Part shown: positions 20,901 to 31,944 of the stretch, one piece after another
Numbering within the stretch: position 1 is the stretch's first letter
Layout of the letters: each line of letters opens with the position of its first letter
Virus record (IMG/VR): IMGVR_UViG_3300033076_000691
Coordinates: 1-64,000 of that record
DNA length: 64,000 nt
Origin: a virus
Taxonomy: Duplodnaviria > Caudoviricetes
Reading direction: 5' to 3' (one strand)
Program-made: the position numbers and the translations under genes
Notes under the pieces: generated by a model
What the model was told of the DNA's origin: nothing
What the model saw: the letters and a program-made list of their open reading frames with translations, nothing else
Database searches by the model: none

Positions 20901-23900
20901 TTGTAGTACGATCTGGAACAGGATCACCAGGACCTCTATCTCTAAATGTTCTACCAATTACATTACCATTCTCATCAGTTAAATCAACTAGTTCATCCTG
21001 TTTATTGATAACATATTCTTGTAGAATATTTATTGTCTCTTCAGCAATATTTCTTGGTTGAGCAGCAGTAACTCTTGCATTAAGATATCCATTTAATGCT
21101 TCTATGTCAGAGTTAATATTTGCAATATCTTCTGGAGTTAATTGTATTTTTTCCTTAACATTTTTAGGATTTGGATATTCTCCTTCTTTTAGATATTTCT
21201 TAAATGCTTCAATCAACTTAGAAATAGACTGAGTACTATTTTGTGCAGTTATCTGTAGATCAATAAACTTTAATTGTGGTGGTTCAGCAAGTTTTCTAGC
21301 TTTTTCTAAAGCATTTTGTTTTGCTTCTTCATTGAACCTATCAATCATTTCAGTTTGTCTCTCTAGCCAATTAGCACGGAGTCTTTCATACTCTAGTGGA
21401 TTCTTAGTTTTGATATCAATTGACTCAAGTAAAACATCAACCAAGTATTTATCGAACTCTTGAGTTATCTCATCTTGGAATTGACTATCAAAGTCTTGAA
21501 ACTCTGTTTTAGTAGTATACTGATCCGGTGTATTTTCATCAATACCTTTTTCCTTAAACTCATCTTTTACTTCAGCAATCAAGGCATCATACTTATCATT
21601 GATAGATTGAACAGCTTCTTGATATGCAAGATATTCTCTAGAATTCTCAATATCAATAGTTGGGGTTGCTGGTACCTTATTTAACTCTTCTTCAATTTGA
21701 GCTAATCTTGATGTTGCAAACTGACCAAAGATTTGAGAGTTCAATGCTGCAGATACTTTTGTATCAATTGCTTCTTGTGCATCATCAATATCTGAAGTAT
21801 CATATGTTTGAGCTAATTCAAATATTACTTTCTTTTTCTCAGGATCATTTTTATATATCTCAGTTTGCTCTTCAAAATATTGTTGTGGGTTCTCTCCTTG
21901 ATTAGCAAATATTTCAGATACTATTTCTGCTGCAGCTAATACTTCAACATAATTATCAGACTGAAGTCTATCAATTGCTTTTGTAAGAACAGTTTTTTCT
22001 TTTTCAAGAGCTTCTCTTTCTTCTGAACTAAGTTCATTTTCCGCTACTCTTGCTGCTTCTTGCTCCCGGTATTCTTGTTCAGTCATACCATATCTTGCAA
22101 GAAACTCATTCTCATATTTTTCTTTCTCAGTATCAAGAGCTTTACCCCTGTCTTCTTCAAGACTTGCAATTCTTTTATCTAAGATTTGTTTTTGAGTAAG
22201 GGGGTCACCAGCAGGTTTTTTTTCTGCAAGTTGTGCAGCTCTATAGAATATACCAATTAAATCCTCATAGAGTACAGAACCTTTATTAATAATTCTGTTA
22301 TTAGTAACATCAATAAACTGTTCTGGTAAATAATTTTTATTCTCAACCCATTTTGCAAACTCATCAAGATCAATATAAATACCTTGATCAGCCAATGTAT
22401 TAAGTAAAGTATTATTTTCAATAGCTTCTATTTCTTTATTAACAATATCTTTTACAAGTTCTTCTCTATTGTTATAGAGATCTTTCATGAACTTAAAGTT
22501 TCTCATCAAGTGCTCATAAAACTCTCTTGGATTAGCAAGGAGATTTACATATTCAATTAACTTAGCATTCTCATTTTTTAAAATATGAGTATCAAGTAGT
22601 TTATCAAATAAACCATCAATACCACCGCTCATATTTTGAAGCTCTTGTTCTAGCTTCATTCTATTCTCATTACTACCAGCTAAAGAATATAATAAGTTGC
22701 TAAATGCATCTTTGTATTCTGAAAATTCAGATGATTCTCCTTTATCATATTGCTCAACTATTTTATTAATAGCTTTTACAGATGCTTGATTATCAGTAAG
22801 TTCTGGATCTTCTTTTAAGATTTCATTCTTAATATTATCTAAGAATGTTTTATTTACAAACAACTCAACAAGATTTTCTTGTTTCTCTTGGAAGTTTGTA
22901 TATGTCTCAATAAGTTCTCTCTTTCTTGCTGCTTCTTCAAATGCTTCAGGACTACCAAAACTTTGTAGATTTTCTACTTCAGTTTTAAGCATTTCAATTT
23001 CTTTTGTCAATCTATTAGGATCAGTAAATCCTACAAAATCAGCAAAGTTTGAATTCTTTATGGCAGATAAAGATGACAAGTCACCATAAATAGATGTAAG
23101 TCTCTTAGCGTTATCATCAAAAGAATTGTGTAAGAAAACATAGTTATATAGTGACTGATTATATGCTTTGTTATAAATTTCAGCCAATCTGTATTCTTCA
23201 GAATCTTTTTCATAGTCATCAAGGTTAGCCATGAACTTCATTTTGTCTTTAGCTTCAGTCCATCTGTCACGGATTTTTTCTGCATTTTCTAATGCTTTAT
23301 CAAATCTTTCTAGTGCTTTTTCTCCTTGTCCTGGTGCTAAGTTCCATGCTTGTTCAATATCTTGTGGGGAAGCTTGTTTATATCCTTGGTAATGTTTCAA
23401 GAACATATCAAAGGTTCCATTTTGAAGTGAACTTAATACAGCAGATTGAAATGCAGCAAACTCTGCATCTCTAATTTCTTTTGTAGTATGTTCATCTGGA
23501 TTATCTACAACATTTGCAACCAATGCTTGGTTTGCATAGTTGTTAATTCTTGGGTCTAAAAAGAATTGACCATTTTTATACATGGTATTCAACTCATTTA
23601 CCACATCATCAGCAAGCTGTTCTCTATTTTCAATGTATTGTTTGTAGCTAGGATCTTTTTTGAAGTAATCGTTAAAACCAATTGTAGCATACTTCTTCAT
23701 CATTCCTGGTGCTTGAAGTATAGTTCCCATTAAGAAACCTGATAAGAATGTTTCAAGACCTTGCTTATTCCATTGTTTTGAAATTGCATCTCCAACTAAT
23801 CCAGTACCATATCTAAAGTTTCTGGCATCAGGATTTTTAAATGATTGTACATAATAGTTTTGAGTGGCTTCTTGTAATACATCTTGTGCTACCTCTTGGA

Positions 23901-25386
23901 TACCTTCTACAACATTTGCTTTAAAATAGTTAAGACCTACTTTACCATATGTTGCTGGTTTAGCTAATGATTTGATTGCATTTCCTAAACTTATTCTTTG
24001 TTTTGCAAATGCACCTTCTAAAGCTTTTTTACCAGGATTAAATACTATTTGAAATTCTTTTCCAACATTAGTAATTGTTGTTCCAAAATTAAACTTAGGA
24101 ACACCCTTTAAGAAACTAGCATTTGTAATAGATGGAAAAACAAGTTTATTACTATAATAGATAAGAGCTGTATTATTAAGAGTATTCCAGAAAGCACCTT
24201 TAGATGCTTGTCTCATCATAGACTCTTGCTCATCCAATGTAGGTGGTTTACCGGTTTTCTTAAAGTGATCATTATATAATCTATCATAGGTTTGATATCT
24301 TGTAAATCCTCCTTCAAGTTTACCTTCTGATAATGCCATGTTCATTGCCATCATATCATGCCACAATGCACCAGCAGTTACAGAGTTTCTTGCAAGGTTG
24401 GTTAAGTTATCAGTATTCTTTAGTTCATTATATGCAGTAAGTGTATTATGTAAAGGATTTACAAAGTTCCCAAAATGGGATCCTGCTGATTTAAATAATT
24501 CTTTTGCTTTTGATAAGTTAGAATAGTTTTTTACACTAGAAAGTAATTTAGCTGTTCCTTTACCTGCATCAACAAGTGCTCTTGGTAAACTACCAAGTTT
24601 ACTTGCAAATGTTCCTGCACCTTCTACAGCTCCTGTAGCAGCATTACCACCACCAAAAGTTGCACCAATCAATGTACCTTCAACAGCACCTTCTAATAAG
24701 ATACCCATTGAGTATGATGCAGAGTTTAAAAGGTTAAGTGCAAATCCACCTGCACCACCTTTTGTTGAAGCTCCAATAGCATTATAGTATTCATAGTCTC
24801 TTGCACTTTGTGGATCTGCATCAAAAAGACCATTACCATCCATCATACTTTTATATGATCTAATAGGATCCATAAATCCTTTAGATAACATTGGCCATGC
24901 AGCATGTGTTGCCCATCTACTTAGGTCATCACCAAAAGTTGTATTTTGATTAAACCAAGTTTCATTATCCATAAGTGGATGAAAACCAACTTTATTAAAT
25001 GTATCTTGACCATATGCTTTGTATCTTTCTCTAAAGGTTCCTTTAGGAGATGCATCATATGCATAAGGTTCAGCATAAGACCCCATGTCAGAAGTACCAT
25101 TGATCTTTGCCATACCACCATTTAGTACAGCATCAAAACTACTTACACTTGATCCATTTACTCTTGCTGATCTTACATCAGATGGTGCAAAATGAGGAGT
25201 TACTCCAGCTGTATTATCTTTAATATAATTAGTTGGGTTAGCGAAGTTATCTTGCCAATTAACCTTTGGAGCTAATGGTTGTTCTACTCTTGCTGGATTT
25301 AAAAAATCACTCTTTGCTAGTAATTCATCAAATGCTGATGGTTGACTATCTAAGTTTTCTGCACTGTTGATTGATTGTTCAGCCAT
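17989..25386 (-). CDS. Giant virion/ejection protein (2465 aa) with PD-(D/E)xK nuclease-like domain
   Basis: E...GVTGEVDLLLV...AIVDIKT...QQSIY (~20098-20328). N-terminal Gly/Ala-rich hydrophobic region and coiled-coil stretches. Position in the RNAP block. Confidence 0.7.
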   Translation of the reverse strand: MAEQSINSAENLDSQPSAFDELLAKSDFLNPARVEQPLAPKVNWQDNFANPTNYIKDNTAGVTPHFAPSDVRSARVNGSSVSSFDAVLNGGMAKINGTSDMGSYAEPYAYDASPKGTFRERYKAYGQDTFNKVGFHPLMDNETWFNQNTTFGDDLSRWATHAAWPMLSKGFMDPIRSYKSMMDGNGLFDADPQSARDYEYYNAIGASTKGGAGGFALNLLNSASYSMGILLEGAVEGTLIGATFGGGNAATGAVEGAGTFASKLGSLPRALVDAGKGTAKLLSSVKNYSNLSKAKELFKSAGSHFGNFVNPLHNTLTAYNELKNTDNLTNLARNSVTAGALWHDMMAMNMALSEGKLEGGFTRYQTYDRLYNDHFKKTGKPPTLDEQESMMRQASKGAFWNTLNNTALIYYSNKLVFPSITNASFLKGVPKFNFGTTITNVGKEFQIVFNPGKKALEGAFAKQRISLGNAIKSLAKPATYGKVGLNYFKANVVEGIQEVAQDVLQEATQNYYVQSFKNPDARNFRYGTGLVGDAISKQWNKQGLETFLSGFLMGTILQAPGMMKKYATIGFNDYFKKDPSYKQYIENREQLADDVVNELNTMYKNGQFFLDPRINNYANQALVANVVDNPDEHTTKEIRDAEFAAFQSAVLSSLQNGTFDMFLKHYQGYKQASPQDIEQAWNLAPGQGEKALERFDKALENAEKIRDRWTEAKDKMKFMANLDDYEKDSEEYRLAEIYNKAYNQSLYNYVFLHNSFDDNAKRLTSIYGDLSSLSAIKNSNFADFVGFTDPNRLTKEIEMLKTEVENLQSFGSPEAFEEAARKRELIETYTNFQEKQENLVELFVNKTFLDNIKNEILKEDPELTDNQASVKAINKIVEQYDKGESSEFSEYKDAFSNLLYSLAGSNENRMKLEQELQNMSGGIDGLFDKLLDTHILKNENAKLIEYVNLLANPREFYEHLMRNFKFMKDLYNNREELVKDIVNKEIEAIENNTLLNTLADQGIYIDLDEFAKWVENKNYLPEQFIDVTNNRIINKGSVLYEDLIGIFYRAAQLAEKKPAGDPLTQKQILDKRIASLEEDRGKALDTEKEKYENEFLARYGMTEQEYREQEAARVAENELSSEEREALEKEKTVLTKAIDRLQSDNYVEVLAAAEIVSEIFANQGENPQQYFEEQTEIYKNDPEKKKVIFELAQTYDTSDIDDAQEAIDTKVSAALNSQIFGQFATSRLAQIEEELNKVPATPTIDIENSREYLAYQEAVQSINDKYDALIAEVKDEFKEKGIDENTPDQYTTKTEFQDFDSQFQDEITQEFDKYLVDVLLESIDIKTKNPLEYERLRANWLERQTEMIDRFNEEAKQNALEKARKLAEPPQLKFIDLQITAQNSTQSISKLIEAFKKYLKEGEYPNPKNVKEKIQLTPEDIANINSDIEALNGYLNARVTAAQPRNIAEETINILQEYVINKQDELVDLTDENGNVIGRTFRDRGPGDPVPDRTTKVAEEVENSVKNKDSFTYSPIKPVVDEEGNTLPSRVENMYNQFFNDPEVAPEDRIRLFMDAFKRQAFSNWKEFRYQEKLDAIENSLKTVGTYEDLKNTIQKYAFKESSDAGDYIDGLIRIFLTPNAATESKFSEFSYNSTVQLKGRDIKISDIMSRKAFDKLFAPVTPSSTGGIVTKFRLGVVDGSYTILSENVKVFDKSLRDGKGVTGEVDLLLVREDGSVAIVDIKTKSLKERKGKLVSGWKDFGNPDAKYESSIYFRAQQSIYGYQLFNSTGITPDLKLLPFDMELSKEKVGYIEDIDLADIVPDNQDTYDLEYLPEIENFGIVKIQPEIKAPVRKEKGTEQKMGEGLPESDPTKNKLEDNLDKAVIYNGRTGRLVRTSDGNFAVEVTVNSDITTLQLTLDALQANLDIEKEYGTEETIKELEDNIKKISNAIDSTKGLTEIFPLQSGAENVSDGTLTLDKAGLQLVIPIEGVGQLSTINNEVINASFSNKDESIASINGVKYNVLRDSSGNITALSYMVNDEMISQLDKQIGETSQKIGNLRVKLADADVNSRDAIITRIAQLQTQVRELAGKRKSLFDSNKKLYVYGENANNYIFALNRLPNNFQRLTKDATAAQETQDLKSISNLSISRTLADTITEILSAQYPDALDRLLDGDTKSVNSKDLLNIQLWVEDSIEKLNQLGYTVINRGDLVDDITNQINALNELSNNLQLIKLTKDGKIKNYKQVAKVFGEQEVQEGTSVPQNEGVTRKPAERVLGPATREELKELVKQAREEVLDDVFEEPVEFEEVSNAIDEINNATLDTIELVRERLFLEAMKNGESLAPIRDAYVNRIVELQTITSIANVGVNEYLISKNPIFTDLSGEIVIVVKKTGKSVTLKNIKTDETRTFNENELTENFEKTTMEATQPTPEVELTPVDVEDSKESKDTIKEIQNDETAIAEAKEKAKANDRSKRWGKLGDNSKLC

Positions 25387-25391
25387 TGTAA

Positions 25392-28300
25392 TTATTTATT
25401 ATAATTCCAGAAAGGATTTGTAGGACTAATACCAAAATTTTCTTGAGCTTTTTGAATTGCTTTTTGATCACCAGATTGATGGATCTTTCTATACATATCA
25501 AAGTTTAATTGACGTAAACTTTGTATCATATTAAATGATTCCATTTCTTTTTGATCAATAGTTTTACCACTTCTGACATTAACATCCCAATATCTTTCAT
25601 GTTGTTTTTTAGAACCATCTGGTAACATTTCATATGCTACTACAGAACCAATATAGTCACTTCCTCCTGGAGTTCTTTGAATAGTATATTTACCTGTACC
25701 TGCAGGATCAGTAAAGTTAATAGGGCCTTGTCTTAATAAAGCTTCTGTTGCAGTTGGGAACTGATTACCATATAGTTTATTTGATGACCAAGTATTTGAT
25801 GGTGCAATAAATGTAATACCATTTTGATAGATGTGATCTATTTTTGCTTTAACATCACTTTCTTTAGCATCTGCACCCACCATACCTTTAATTACTTTCT
25901 CAATGATTTCTCTTGGTGCCATAAGTTTCATGGAACCTTGATTTTGATTTTCCATTGATATAGTAGTTGCACCAATATAGAAAGGATTAAGATCTTTATT
26001 TGTATTTAATTGTGCTTGTAACTCAGCAACAATTGCAAGAGCTTCATTTTTATTGACACCTGTGTTTTCCCATTCTTCTTCTGAACCAGGAAGTATATTA
26101 CCTCCAGTAGTAATTCTGTATTTATTTCTGTCTTGATTCCAATTGGTAGCTAAGATAGTTGTAAACATAGAACTTGCTGACTGATTTCCTGGATCCCATT
26201 GCACACCTGGTGCAACTTTCATCATACCAGTTTCAGTAGCTAACCCATATTCATTACCTGATCCACGTTTTTGAACAGTAGATGGGAAGTATGATTGTAA
26301 CCCACCTTTTTCTGGAGGAAGATTTGTAAGCTCGTCAAATGAATTATCAAATACATCTGCTACCCATGATGCTCCAGCTTCAACATCTTCTCTACCATTT
26401 ATCATTCCTGGTATATTAGTTAAAGGGAATACATAGTTGTACCAACTTTTTTCTTTAGGTTGATTTGTTTTTTTACCAATATTAAATCCAAGAATAGCTG
26501 AAATTTGATCATCAACTTGTGCAGCAATTTTATTAAACTCTTCTGTATGACCTTTACCATCTAAGACATATCTGTTCATCACAAGATTAACAGCTTGATC
26601 AATTTTATCTTGAGTTACATTAGCATATTTTCCAGGATCTTTAGATTTAACTTCTTTTACAATATAATTAAGATCTTGTCTAAATTTATTTCTAATGTTA
26701 TCATAATTTTGATTACGAACCATATTTAGAGCATCATCAACTCTTGACATTTGTTGTAATTGCAAAATAGATTTATCACCAAAATAAGATTGAGCTAATG
26801 TACTTGCAGAGTGTTGGGATGCCCATGCTTGTAAACTTGCATTTAAGTTATAGATCTGACCCGATTCTGTAGTTCTTCTTGTAAAAGAAGTTGGATCATT
26901 TGAGTATGATTCCCATACATTAGACCATACTTTTAAAATTGCAGCTTTGTTTTTTGCATTACTTCCTTCTTTAAGGATTCTTTTTGCTGTAGGGTCACTA
27001 GGATTTAATTTAACAACCATAGCAGCTAATTGAGCTGCAGTAAATGAATCACTGTTAACACCATTTTGAATAGTTTTCATTAAATGATCAACACCATCTG
27101 TAGCATTTTGATCAATCATTTTTTCTCTACTCATTTTTTGAAGTTCATCAAAAGTAAATTTACCTTCTGTATTAGAACCCGGTGATGGCATTAAGAAATT
27201 TAAATTAAACCCATTTACTTGAGGATTAGTATTTAATGTACCGTCTGCATTAAATGACCAATAGTTTTTTGAAACATTGTAATCAACAGCTTTTTGAAAC
27301 ATTTTTGCTTCATTCTGTTTATCAATTTCTGCTAATCTATCATTATGTGCTTGAGTTTGTCTTGCTCTTGCATTCTTATCTCTTAAAAATTCTAACCCAA
27401 CTGCATTAGGTTTATATTCTACACTTGCATCAGTACTAGCATAATTATTAGCAGCCTTCATGATGTCTTGTTCTGCTCTAACAGATGCAAAACCAGCATC
27501 AACTTTAAGTCTGGCCAATTCCATGTCACTTAAAATATCTTCATCATAACCTTTTACAGTAGATGTTGATTGTTTATCATTGATTTGATTATTTAAGTTT
27601 GATGCAGTTTGTGCTACAGCAGAGTTTACAGCAAACATTTCTTCTAATGATTTACCGTAGTTATTTTGTTGAGGATTTACATTTCCGGCTTTAATATCTT
27701 TTTCAAGATTACCCATTAAATTCTCTGTAGTATTTAACTCATCTTTAGCTTTTGTATTTTGGTCAGATGCATAGTTCTTTAACCAGTCATACTTTGTTCT
27801 TATATAATCTTTTTCTGCTTCTAATGTGCTACCAAATTTTTCTTTGTTTTGATATGCATAGTTCATTCTTTCTACAAAAGCAGCTTCTCTATACATATCT
27901 TGAATATCTGGTCTATTAGAGTATTCAGCTAAGAACATGTTCTGAAGAGTAGGTAATATCAACTCACCATTCTTTTTTCTTACAAGATATAATCCAGATT
28001 GATCAGGCAATTGCTCTACCTTACTAATATTATACTTCTTAGCAAGATCCATATACTCTTGAGTTGCATTAACAAAAGGAGTATATTTTGCATTACCCAT
28101 GTTTAAAGTTTCATCTAATGTTGCATCTTTAAACATTTGTCTTCTTAACTCAAGACCTTGAATACCTTCTGACCACCATTGTTTTCTTTGTTTATCATCT
28201 TGTGATGTCTTCAAAGCATTTGCAGATTCATATGTATTCATCCAATTTTTAGTCCAAGCCATATCTTTCATCAAGTACTTATCCTCATAGAAAGGTCTAA

Positions 28301-28586
28301 ATACTTGCATAGCTTGATCTACATTCTGTTCTAAAGAAAGATCTAATCCGGAAACCCTTTTTAAATTAAAGTCAATTTGCTTTAACAACTCATCTTTTTT
28401 CTTAACATTTAAGTCATGAGTTAAATCAGAATTATACAACTGACCATATACATTATTCAGTTGTTTCCAGTTAGTATCATACTGTGTTTGTTTTGCCTGA
28501 AGTAGATTAGAATAGAAATTAAAGTCAGGCTGAAACGGCTGATAATCTGGTATATAATCTGTGACTCCTTGTAAGTACGTTGCCAT
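25392..28586 (-). CDS. Putative internal virion/ejection protein (1064 aa)
   Basis: Long helical ORF starting MATY...YQPFQPDFNFY. Lies between the cargo genes and the RNAP block as in crAss-like phages. Confidence 0.6.
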   Translation of the reverse strand: MATYLQGVTDYIPDYQPFQPDFNFYSNLLQAKQTQYDTNWKQLNNVYGQLYNSDLTHDLNVKKKDELLKQIDFNLKRVSGLDLSLEQNVDQAMQVFRPFYEDKYLMKDMAWTKNWMNTYESANALKTSQDDKQRKQWWSEGIQGLELRRQMFKDATLDETLNMGNAKYTPFVNATQEYMDLAKKYNISKVEQLPDQSGLYLVRKKNGELILPTLQNMFLAEYSNRPDIQDMYREAAFVERMNYAYQNKEKFGSTLEAEKDYIRTKYDWLKNYASDQNTKAKDELNTTENLMGNLEKDIKAGNVNPQQNNYGKSLEEMFAVNSAVAQTASNLNNQINDKQSTSTVKGYDEDILSDMELARLKVDAGFASVRAEQDIMKAANNYASTDASVEYKPNAVGLEFLRDKNARARQTQAHNDRLAEIDKQNEAKMFQKAVDYNVSKNYWSFNADGTLNTNPQVNGFNLNFLMPSPGSNTEGKFTFDELQKMSREKMIDQNATDGVDHLMKTIQNGVNSDSFTAAQLAAMVVKLNPSDPTAKRILKEGSNAKNKAAILKVWSNVWESYSNDPTSFTRRTTESGQIYNLNASLQAWASQHSASTLAQSYFGDKSILQLQQMSRVDDALNMVRNQNYDNIRNKFRQDLNYIVKEVKSKDPGKYANVTQDKIDQAVNLVMNRYVLDGKGHTEEFNKIAAQVDDQISAILGFNIGKKTNQPKEKSWYNYVFPLTNIPGMINGREDVEAGASWVADVFDNSFDELTNLPPEKGGLQSYFPSTVQKRGSGNEYGLATETGMMKVAPGVQWDPGNQSASSMFTTILATNWNQDRNKYRITTGGNILPGSEEEWENTGVNKNEALAIVAELQAQLNTNKDLNPFYIGATTISMENQNQGSMKLMAPREIIEKVIKGMVGADAKESDVKAKIDHIYQNGITFIAPSNTWSSNKLYGNQFPTATEALLRQGPINFTDPAGTGKYTIQRTPGGSDYIGSVVAYEMLPDGSKKQHERYWDVNVRSGKTIDQKEMESFNMIQSLRQLNFDMYRKIHQSGDQKAIQKAQENFGISPTNPFWNYNK

Positions 28587-28620
28587 AATTTATCTTTACG
28601 TAAAACTATTAAAATTTTTT

Positions 28621-28645
28621 AAGTTTAATAAACTTGTTAAGTTTA
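28621..28645. promoter_or_regulatory. Palindromic site TAAACTT-N3-AAGTTTA (copy 1, with an extra half-site)
   Basis: taaactt-gtt-aagttta at 28629-28645, plus aagttta at 28621-28627. The same palindrome occurs at 36192-36208. Confidence 0.5.
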
Positions 28646-31600
28646 CATGATGAATGGTGTCCATGTATCAATATAAATAAAACCACCATCTGCATATACA
28701 GGTCCACCATCTTTACTCATCCCAGGATACATTGTATTTACCATACTTCCTTGAGCTTGTGCTGTAGTTGTATTACCAGATAACTTAGCAGCATTGATAG
28801 CATTTCTTGCACACTCATCTGGATTTGATGCACCAGATGCTTTACATTTTTCTCTTTGTGCAAAGTAATCACTTTGTGTTCCTGTGGTTGTACCAGTAAC
28901 AGTTTTTTCAGTAGGTCTAAAATCCATTCTACCACCTACTCCTGGAGCAACTGCATAGTTAGGGAACATCTGATTTAGTGCATCAGTCTTCCATCTATTA
29001 GTAATAGCATTAGTATAGTAGTTTCTAACATTGTTTCTCATTGCTAACTTAGCATTATCAAACTGTTGGTTAGCAACTGTATTTTGATCATATACTCTTT
29101 GTGCTGTTGCTTGTTTCAACATACTCTCTTGGTTTCTAATATCATTTGCTTTCATTTCAAATTGATTAGCAATGTTGACATTAGCATTGTTATATCTACC
29201 TAATATGTCTGCAGCATTTTTAGCAGCTTGACCTTGAATACTTGCTGATCTTGAAGACAATGCTTGAGGACCTGCAAACTGTGCCATACCTTGAGTTTGT
29301 ATATTTGCTTGTTCTGCATTAGCAGCAAGTTCTCTGGTAGGGTCAATAAAGGTAGGTCTTGGTACTCCAAGTTCAACAGGAGCTGCCCATGGCATTCTTT
29401 TCTTAAGACCCATTAGATCTCCAAATGCACCAGTAGTTTTAATAGTATCTTGTAACCACCATTCAGAAGGAGGACCTGGTATATCAATACTACTATCTTC
29501 TTTACATGGAGGACAGTTACCGTTTTGATCAGCAGTCATTTCTATTACTGTACCATCTGATTTTTGACAAGGACATTTTTTAGGTTCAGTTGGTTCACAT
29601 GTACAATTTCCTTGAGCATCTTTTGGTTTATAATTAGGTTTACTTTGATCTTCACATTGACACGGTTCTTCACCAGGGACATCTTCAAATTTCAATCCAT
29701 GATGAGCTTGTTTTTCATCTTGTGTTGTATTTGTATAGTATGCATCAATAGGAGAGATGTTAGTAATTGCTTGACCCGTTTCATCATTATATCCAGTTTG
29801 TTTACCATAAGGATTAAATCCAGCAAAACTTGTAATACCTAGTAATGCTAATTGTGTGTCTTCATCATATTTACCAGGATTAGCATCAAGATCTTTCATT
29901 AATCTATCTGCAGCAATAAATCCAGCTTGTTGGATATATGCTTCTTCATCATAAGGACTAGCAGCTCTACCACTTCCTGTAGCTCTTTTCATTGGTAAAC
30001 CCATATCATCAGAAACTTTTTCTAATGATGTGTATCCGCTACTTTTAATTTTATTATACATTGCCTGTATATCGGCATCAGAAAGATTTGGATTAGCATC
30101 TTTTACAACATCTTTAAAACCTCTTCTATCTCCTTTTGCATCACCAGAACTATCAAAATTTCTTAAGTCACCATTACCATCTTTATACATCCAAGATCCA
30201 AATGCAGGAATACCTAACTTATCTTTATAAGTTGTAGTCTTTAAATTCCTTTCTTGCATTCTTAGATAATTTTTTACAATTTCATCGTCTGTAAGTGTAG
30301 AAGGATCTTTACCAAATTGAGCTTGATATGTAGTAGAATATTTACCACTTTTACCTTTATATGCTTGTTGATCTGCTAAAGTTGCTCTTACTTGATTTGC
30401 AAATGCAGCTTTAGCTTTTGGATCATTAAAGGTTTGTGACATTGCTTCAAATGTTGCAGCAGCTACCACATTACCGTTCCATTTATCTAGATCAGTACCT
30501 GAGTATTTATCATGACCTGTAGCAGTAACTTTTTGTTCTACCTTTTTACCATCAGGTTGGATTACATATATTTTTTGTTTACCTCTTCCTGATTGCACAT
30601 AAGCTCTTCTTAATGCATTTTGATATTCTTCTTCAGTTTTATAGTCTGCACGTTTAACTATAATACCATCATCTGCTTTAACTAATGGGAACATAGGACT
30701 AGATGCCGGAATTCTTTTTGTTCTACCTTGATAGTTATTAGAATTAGCACCCATTGCCATACCATATTCTGCTTCTGGTAAGTCATAGAAAGGCATATCA
30801 TAACCACCCATAGACATACCATATTGTGCCATAGGAGGTGCAGGTTGTTCCTGACCACCTTGTGCTTGACCCATTGCTTGTTGTACTAATCCAGCAGCCT
30901 CTTCTTGAGATGCACCTAGTTGTGTAAAGATTTGTACAATAGCTTCTGGAGGTAATCCATTCTGCAACAGACTCATTACAACTTCTTGTGGTTGTGCACC
31001 ATTCTGTAATGCTCCTTGAACTTCTTGAATGATTTCCATCATTTGATCTTGACCACCAGCTTGTGGTTGACCTTGTTGTTGCATCATTGCCATTTCTTCA
31101 GGAGATGGTTGTTGCATACCTTCTTGAGCTCTTCTTAATCTTCTCATACCACCACCATACATCATCATTTCTTCCATGCTTGGTTGTTGAGATGGTTGTG
31201 CAACAGGTTGTCCTTGGTTCATATCTACAGCTTGTTGAAGCTGATCATCACCACCACCTTGTTGTTCTTCCATTTGTTTCTTAAGTTGATCATTAAGAAC
31301 TTTAATTTCTTTACTTGGAAGTATATCTTCTTCTGTCAATCCTCTTGCTTCCATACATGGTTTAGCAACAACAGGAATTCCTTGTGGGAATCCCTTTTTA
31401 GATTCTTGAGCTAATGCAAGACAACCTAACTTAACAACATATTTTTTAATCATTAACTCAGCAGTCTTTCTATCAATCTCATCTGTCTCAGGATCTTCTA
31501 GAATTTTTCTGTATTTCTGAATGTCATATTGTTTTGCAAGTTCAGCAGGAGTATAAGATTTACCTGCACTTTTTCCAAACATAGCAAGTAACTCAGGATC

Positions 31601-31936
31601 TTTTATTTTCATACCTCTAGTATCACTGAAAATAAAAGTATCTTCTGGAAGACTTAATGGAACTCCACCTTGTGCATGTCTTGGTCCTTTGATAATTTGA
31701 TGTTCTGGCATCCCATCACCATTGATGTCTCCATATACTGTTTCTCCACCTTCTGCTTCTAAGTTAGCTTCATCTCTTGGAACAGCAGTAATATATCTAC
31801 TTTCTCTAAGTTTAGGTTGACCAATGTATGCATTGTAATCTGCACCACCCATTGCTGGTACATCATTTACTAAAGCACCTTGTACTTGATACCCTGTTCT
31901 AGCTTTAGGAATTTTTTTAATTCTAACTTTTATCAT
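28643..31936 (-). CDS. Putative cargo/internal virion protein (1097 aa)
   Basis: N-terminal domain with NLEAEGGETV, GPRHAQGGV and FIFSD motifs recalled from crAss-like cargo proteins. Q/M-rich region, A/Q/N-rich coiled C-terminal half, several AxxG/xxGG motifs. Confidence 0.6.
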   Translation of the reverse strand: MIKVRIKKIPKARTGYQVQGALVNDVPAMGGADYNAYIGQPKLRESRYITAVPRDEANLEAEGGETVYGDINGDGMPEHQIIKGPRHAQGGVPLSLPEDTFIFSDTRGMKIKDPELLAMFGKSAGKSYTPAELAKQYDIQKYRKILEDPETDEIDRKTAELMIKKYVVKLGCLALAQESKKGFPQGIPVVAKPCMEARGLTEEDILPSKEIKVLNDQLKKQMEEQQGGGDDQLQQAVDMNQGQPVAQPSQQPSMEEMMMYGGGMRRLRRAQEGMQQPSPEEMAMMQQQGQPQAGGQDQMMEIIQEVQGALQNGAQPQEVVMSLLQNGLPPEAIVQIFTQLGASQEEAAGLVQQAMGQAQGGQEQPAPPMAQYGMSMGGYDMPFYDLPEAEYGMAMGANSNNYQGRTKRIPASSPMFPLVKADDGIIVKRADYKTEEEYQNALRRAYVQSGRGKQKIYVIQPDGKKVEQKVTATGHDKYSGTDLDKWNGNVVAAATFEAMSQTFNDPKAKAAFANQVRATLADQQAYKGKSGKYSTTYQAQFGKDPSTLTDDEIVKNYLRMQERNLKTTTYKDKLGIPAFGSWMYKDGNGDLRNFDSSGDAKGDRRGFKDVVKDANPNLSDADIQAMYNKIKSSGYTSLEKVSDDMGLPMKRATGSGRAASPYDEEAYIQQAGFIAADRLMKDLDANPGKYDEDTQLALLGITSFAGFNPYGKQTGYNDETGQAITNISPIDAYYTNTTQDEKQAHHGLKFEDVPGEEPCQCEDQSKPNYKPKDAQGNCTCEPTEPKKCPCQKSDGTVIEMTADQNGNCPPCKEDSSIDIPGPPSEWWLQDTIKTTGAFGDLMGLKKRMPWAAPVELGVPRPTFIDPTRELAANAEQANIQTQGMAQFAGPQALSSRSASIQGQAAKNAADILGRYNNANVNIANQFEMKANDIRNQESMLKQATAQRVYDQNTVANQQFDNAKLAMRNNVRNYYTNAITNRWKTDALNQMFPNYAVAPGVGGRMDFRPTEKTVTGTTTGTQSDYFAQREKCKASGASNPDECARNAINAAKLSGNTTTAQAQGSMVNTMYPGMSKDGGPVYADGGFIYIDTWTPFIM

Positions 31937-31944
31937 TGGTTCCG